A stretch of DNA of 60,940 bases from an uncultured Thermococci archaeon (GTDB taxonomy: Archaea > Methanobacteriota_B > Thermococci > Methanofastidiosales > B48-G16): positions 1-60,940 of the forward strand of contig CAZQQT010000012.1 of assembly GCA_964595645.1 (NCBI GenBank), given 5' to 3'. Of this stretch, positions 59,217 through 60,940 are shown piece by piece. Under the pieces are notes generated by a model. The model had not been told where the DNA came from. It searched no databases and saw nothing but the letters and a program-made list of their open reading frames with translations. The position numbers and the translations under genes are program-made. Each line of letters starts with the position of its first letter. Position 1 is the stretch's first letter.

Positions 59217-59939
59217 ATGTTGGATCCCCTTCCTATACTCATCGCATTCGCGATCTGTTCTATTATTGGGCTGCCCGCGTATAAACTCCATGTTGTTGAT
59301 CTTTCAGGATTATCGAGTGGGTACATTGTTGGAATAGGGGTGATCCTCTTTACCGATCTACGGTGGTTCGTGTTGATTTTTATGTTCTTTTTTCTTTCCG
59401 GTGCTGCGACAAAATACAAGTACGATCAAAAGAAAAGGAAGGGAATCGCTCAGGAAAAAAAGGGCGCCAGAGGATACCTCAACGTCTTTGGTAACGGGCT
59501 TGTCGCGCTGATGTTTGGTGTACTGGAAGGGATCTTTGGAGGGGGTGTATTTTTGGCAGGATTTTTAGCGGCAGTGGCATCCGCCAGCTCGGACACTGCA
59601 GGGGGTGAAATTGGACGATTATCTCCGCACAAGCCAAGGTTAATTACTACATTCAAAAAAGTACCTACAGGAGCTGAGGGTGCTATCTCTCTTCTTGGAG
59701 AAATCGCAGAGCTCCTTATTGCCCTTTTTATCGGTTTACTCGCCTTTGTGATGAGAATGGATCACGGTGCGAATCCTATTATTGTCGCTACTCTCGGTGG
59801 ATTTATCGGTGCAAATATCGACAGTGTATTCGGTGCCACCGTAGAGACAAAAACGGCATGGTGGGGAAACAACTGTACGAACTTCTTTTCAACGCTGGTG
59901 GGAGCGATTGCAGGTGTAGGAATCTATCTCCTTTTATGA
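59217..59939 (+). CDS. DUF92/TIGR00297 membrane protein
   Basis: NVFGNG, SDTAGGEIG, G.EGAIS..GE, DSVFGATVE. Confidence 0.9.
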   Translation: MLDPLPILIAFAICSIIGLPAYKLHVVDLSGLSSGYIVGIGVILFTDLRWFVLIFMFFFLSGAATKYKYDQKKRKGIAQEKKGARGYLNVFGNGLVALMFGVLEGIFGGGVFLAGFLAAVASASSDTAGGEIGRLSPHKPRLITTFKKVPTGAEGAISLLGEIAELLIALFIGLLAFVMRMDHGANPIIVATLGGFIGANIDSVFGATVETKTAWWGNNCTNFFSTLVGAIAGVGIYLLL

Positions 59940-60185
59940 TCGTTTCTTTACTGCTCTATCATACACAAGCCAGTTTTCTTTCCACTCAGGATTTTTCTCT
60001 TCCAGTAATGAGAGTACTTTCTCTCTGAGCTCACGTGAGTCTGTTTTTTCATTTAATGTCCTCTTTATTTCATTGGAAATGCCCCGAGCAGTTTCCAGAT
60101 CCGCACCTGCCTTCATACAACTCACAACAATTTTCTCGGGGACGAACTCTTCGACTGTTCCATCCCTCTTTTTAATTTCAAACAT
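59934..60185 (-). CDS. Stand-alone ATP-cone domain protein
   Basis: IKKRDGTVEEF..EKI. Confidence 0.85.
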   Translation of the reverse strand: MFEIKKRDGTVEEFVPEKIVVSCMKAGADLETARGISNEIKRTLNEKTDSRELREKVLSLLEEKNPEWKENWLVYDRAVKKRS

Positions 60186-60232
60186 GCATGCACCTATATA
60201 CTAATAAGAAAAAAAGATTTAAAAATTTTGTG

Positions 60233-60889
60233 TTAATCGAGTCCGTGCACTAAATCTTCCAGAACTTTTTCTGGATTTTTCGCTTTTGCCACGCCTGATG
60301 CGAGCAGTACCCCTTTTGTTCCAAGCTTTATCGCTTTTTTTACGTCTTCTCCTGTTTTTACGCCGGCACCGCACAGCACCTTTACTTTCGGATTTATCTG
60401 CTCTATTTTTTTCACTGTGTTTTCCACGATCTCGGGGGACGCTGAGGTCACCGAAATATCACCACCGATGAGTTCCGGAGGTTCAATTGCAATATAATCA
60501 GGATTGAGGGAAGCAGCTGCCATGGAGACCTCAATGTTATTTGTACACACAATCGAGATCAGTTCCTGTTCTCTGCACTTCCTCACGAGCAGATCGATAT
60601 CCGCGAGTCTCAATCGTTTCTCAGAGTGATTTATCAAGACCCCTGAAACGTATGAAGCTACAGCTTCTACTGTTACATGTCCTGTTCTGCTCCCAGGTCC
60701 CACAGGATCCGCGTGCTGTGAAAAAACGGGAATGGAGACTTCCTGGGAAATAAGAGAAAGATCGGGAGATTGCGGAGATATTACGATCTCCTTTCCGGTT
60801 TTTTTCGATACTTTTTCGCACATTTTTGCTAGTTTTAATCCCTTTTCACCGATAGTTTCACTGTATGCCTTAAAATTAACAAATATCAT
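60233..60889 (-). CDS. tpiA: Triosephosphate isomerase, archaeal type
   Basis: VNFKAY, NHSE, EPPELIG, CGAG, LLASG. Confidence 0.96.
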   Translation of the reverse strand: MIFVNFKAYSETIGEKGLKLAKMCEKVSKKTGKEIVISPQSPDLSLISQEVSIPVFSQHADPVGPGSRTGHVTVEAVASYVSGVLINHSEKRLRLADIDLLVRKCREQELISIVCTNNIEVSMAAASLNPDYIAIEPPELIGGDISVTSASPEIVENTVKKIEQINPKVKVLCGAGVKTGEDVKKAIKLGTKGVLLASGVAKAKNPEKVLEDLVHGLD

Positions 60890-60940
60890 TCTACCTCCTC
60901 AAATCTGTCCTCCAGTCTATCGAGGACTTTGGGGAGGGTG
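60886..60940 (-). CDS. fbp: C-terminal end of fructose-1,6-bisphosphate aldolase/phosphatase (truncated by window)
   Basis: Reads TLPKVLDRLEDRFEEVE*, resembling the conserved FBPA/P C-terminus; stop overlaps the tpiA ATG. Confidence 0.65.
   Translation of the reverse strand, partial: TLPKVLDRLEDRFEEVE

Noticed and set aside
1-60940. Recoding (Sec/Pyl readthrough, programmed frameshifts) and transposases
   Set aside because: Recognised genes appear full length with ordinary stops; no IS-like ORFs or terminal inverted repeats seen by eye

Overview
Gene-dense chromosomal segment of a euryarchaeote (PolD large subunit, RadA, multi-OB RPA, fibrillarin/Nop5, TFS, archaeal AsnRS, archaeal TpiA and FBP aldolase/phosphatase). 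A Thermococci-related uncultured lineage such as Theionarchaea or Methanofastidiosia is plausible but only inferred. It holds about 65 CDS and one tRNA-Gly(CCC); no CRISPR array, rRNA, integrase or transposase was seen. Main blocks: rpiA-nop5-fibrillarin; a peptide ABC (opp/dpp) operon; thyX-folD plus a PurN-like formyltransferase; polC-rnhB; split LigD ligase and polymerase genes next to rpa-radA; asnS-tRNA; a LysW-dependent lysine operon with a divergent ACT-domain protein; a P-type Ca2+-ATPase; fbp-tpiA. Best candidate for an undescribed system: the opp operon encodes a circularly permuted, C-terminally anchored binding protein and is translationally coupled to a beta-propeller/archaeosortase(exosortase)-family fusion. 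Two other surface proteins share a Thr/Pro linker + NP + TM + KK tail that may be a sorting signal. Other oddities: an ATCase-like enzyme lacking aspartate-binding residues, a FolD lacking cyclohydrolase residues, a tRNA-Gly with C33, and a 48-bp tandem duplication upstream of oppA. All assignments come from motif recognition by eye; no database searches were run.
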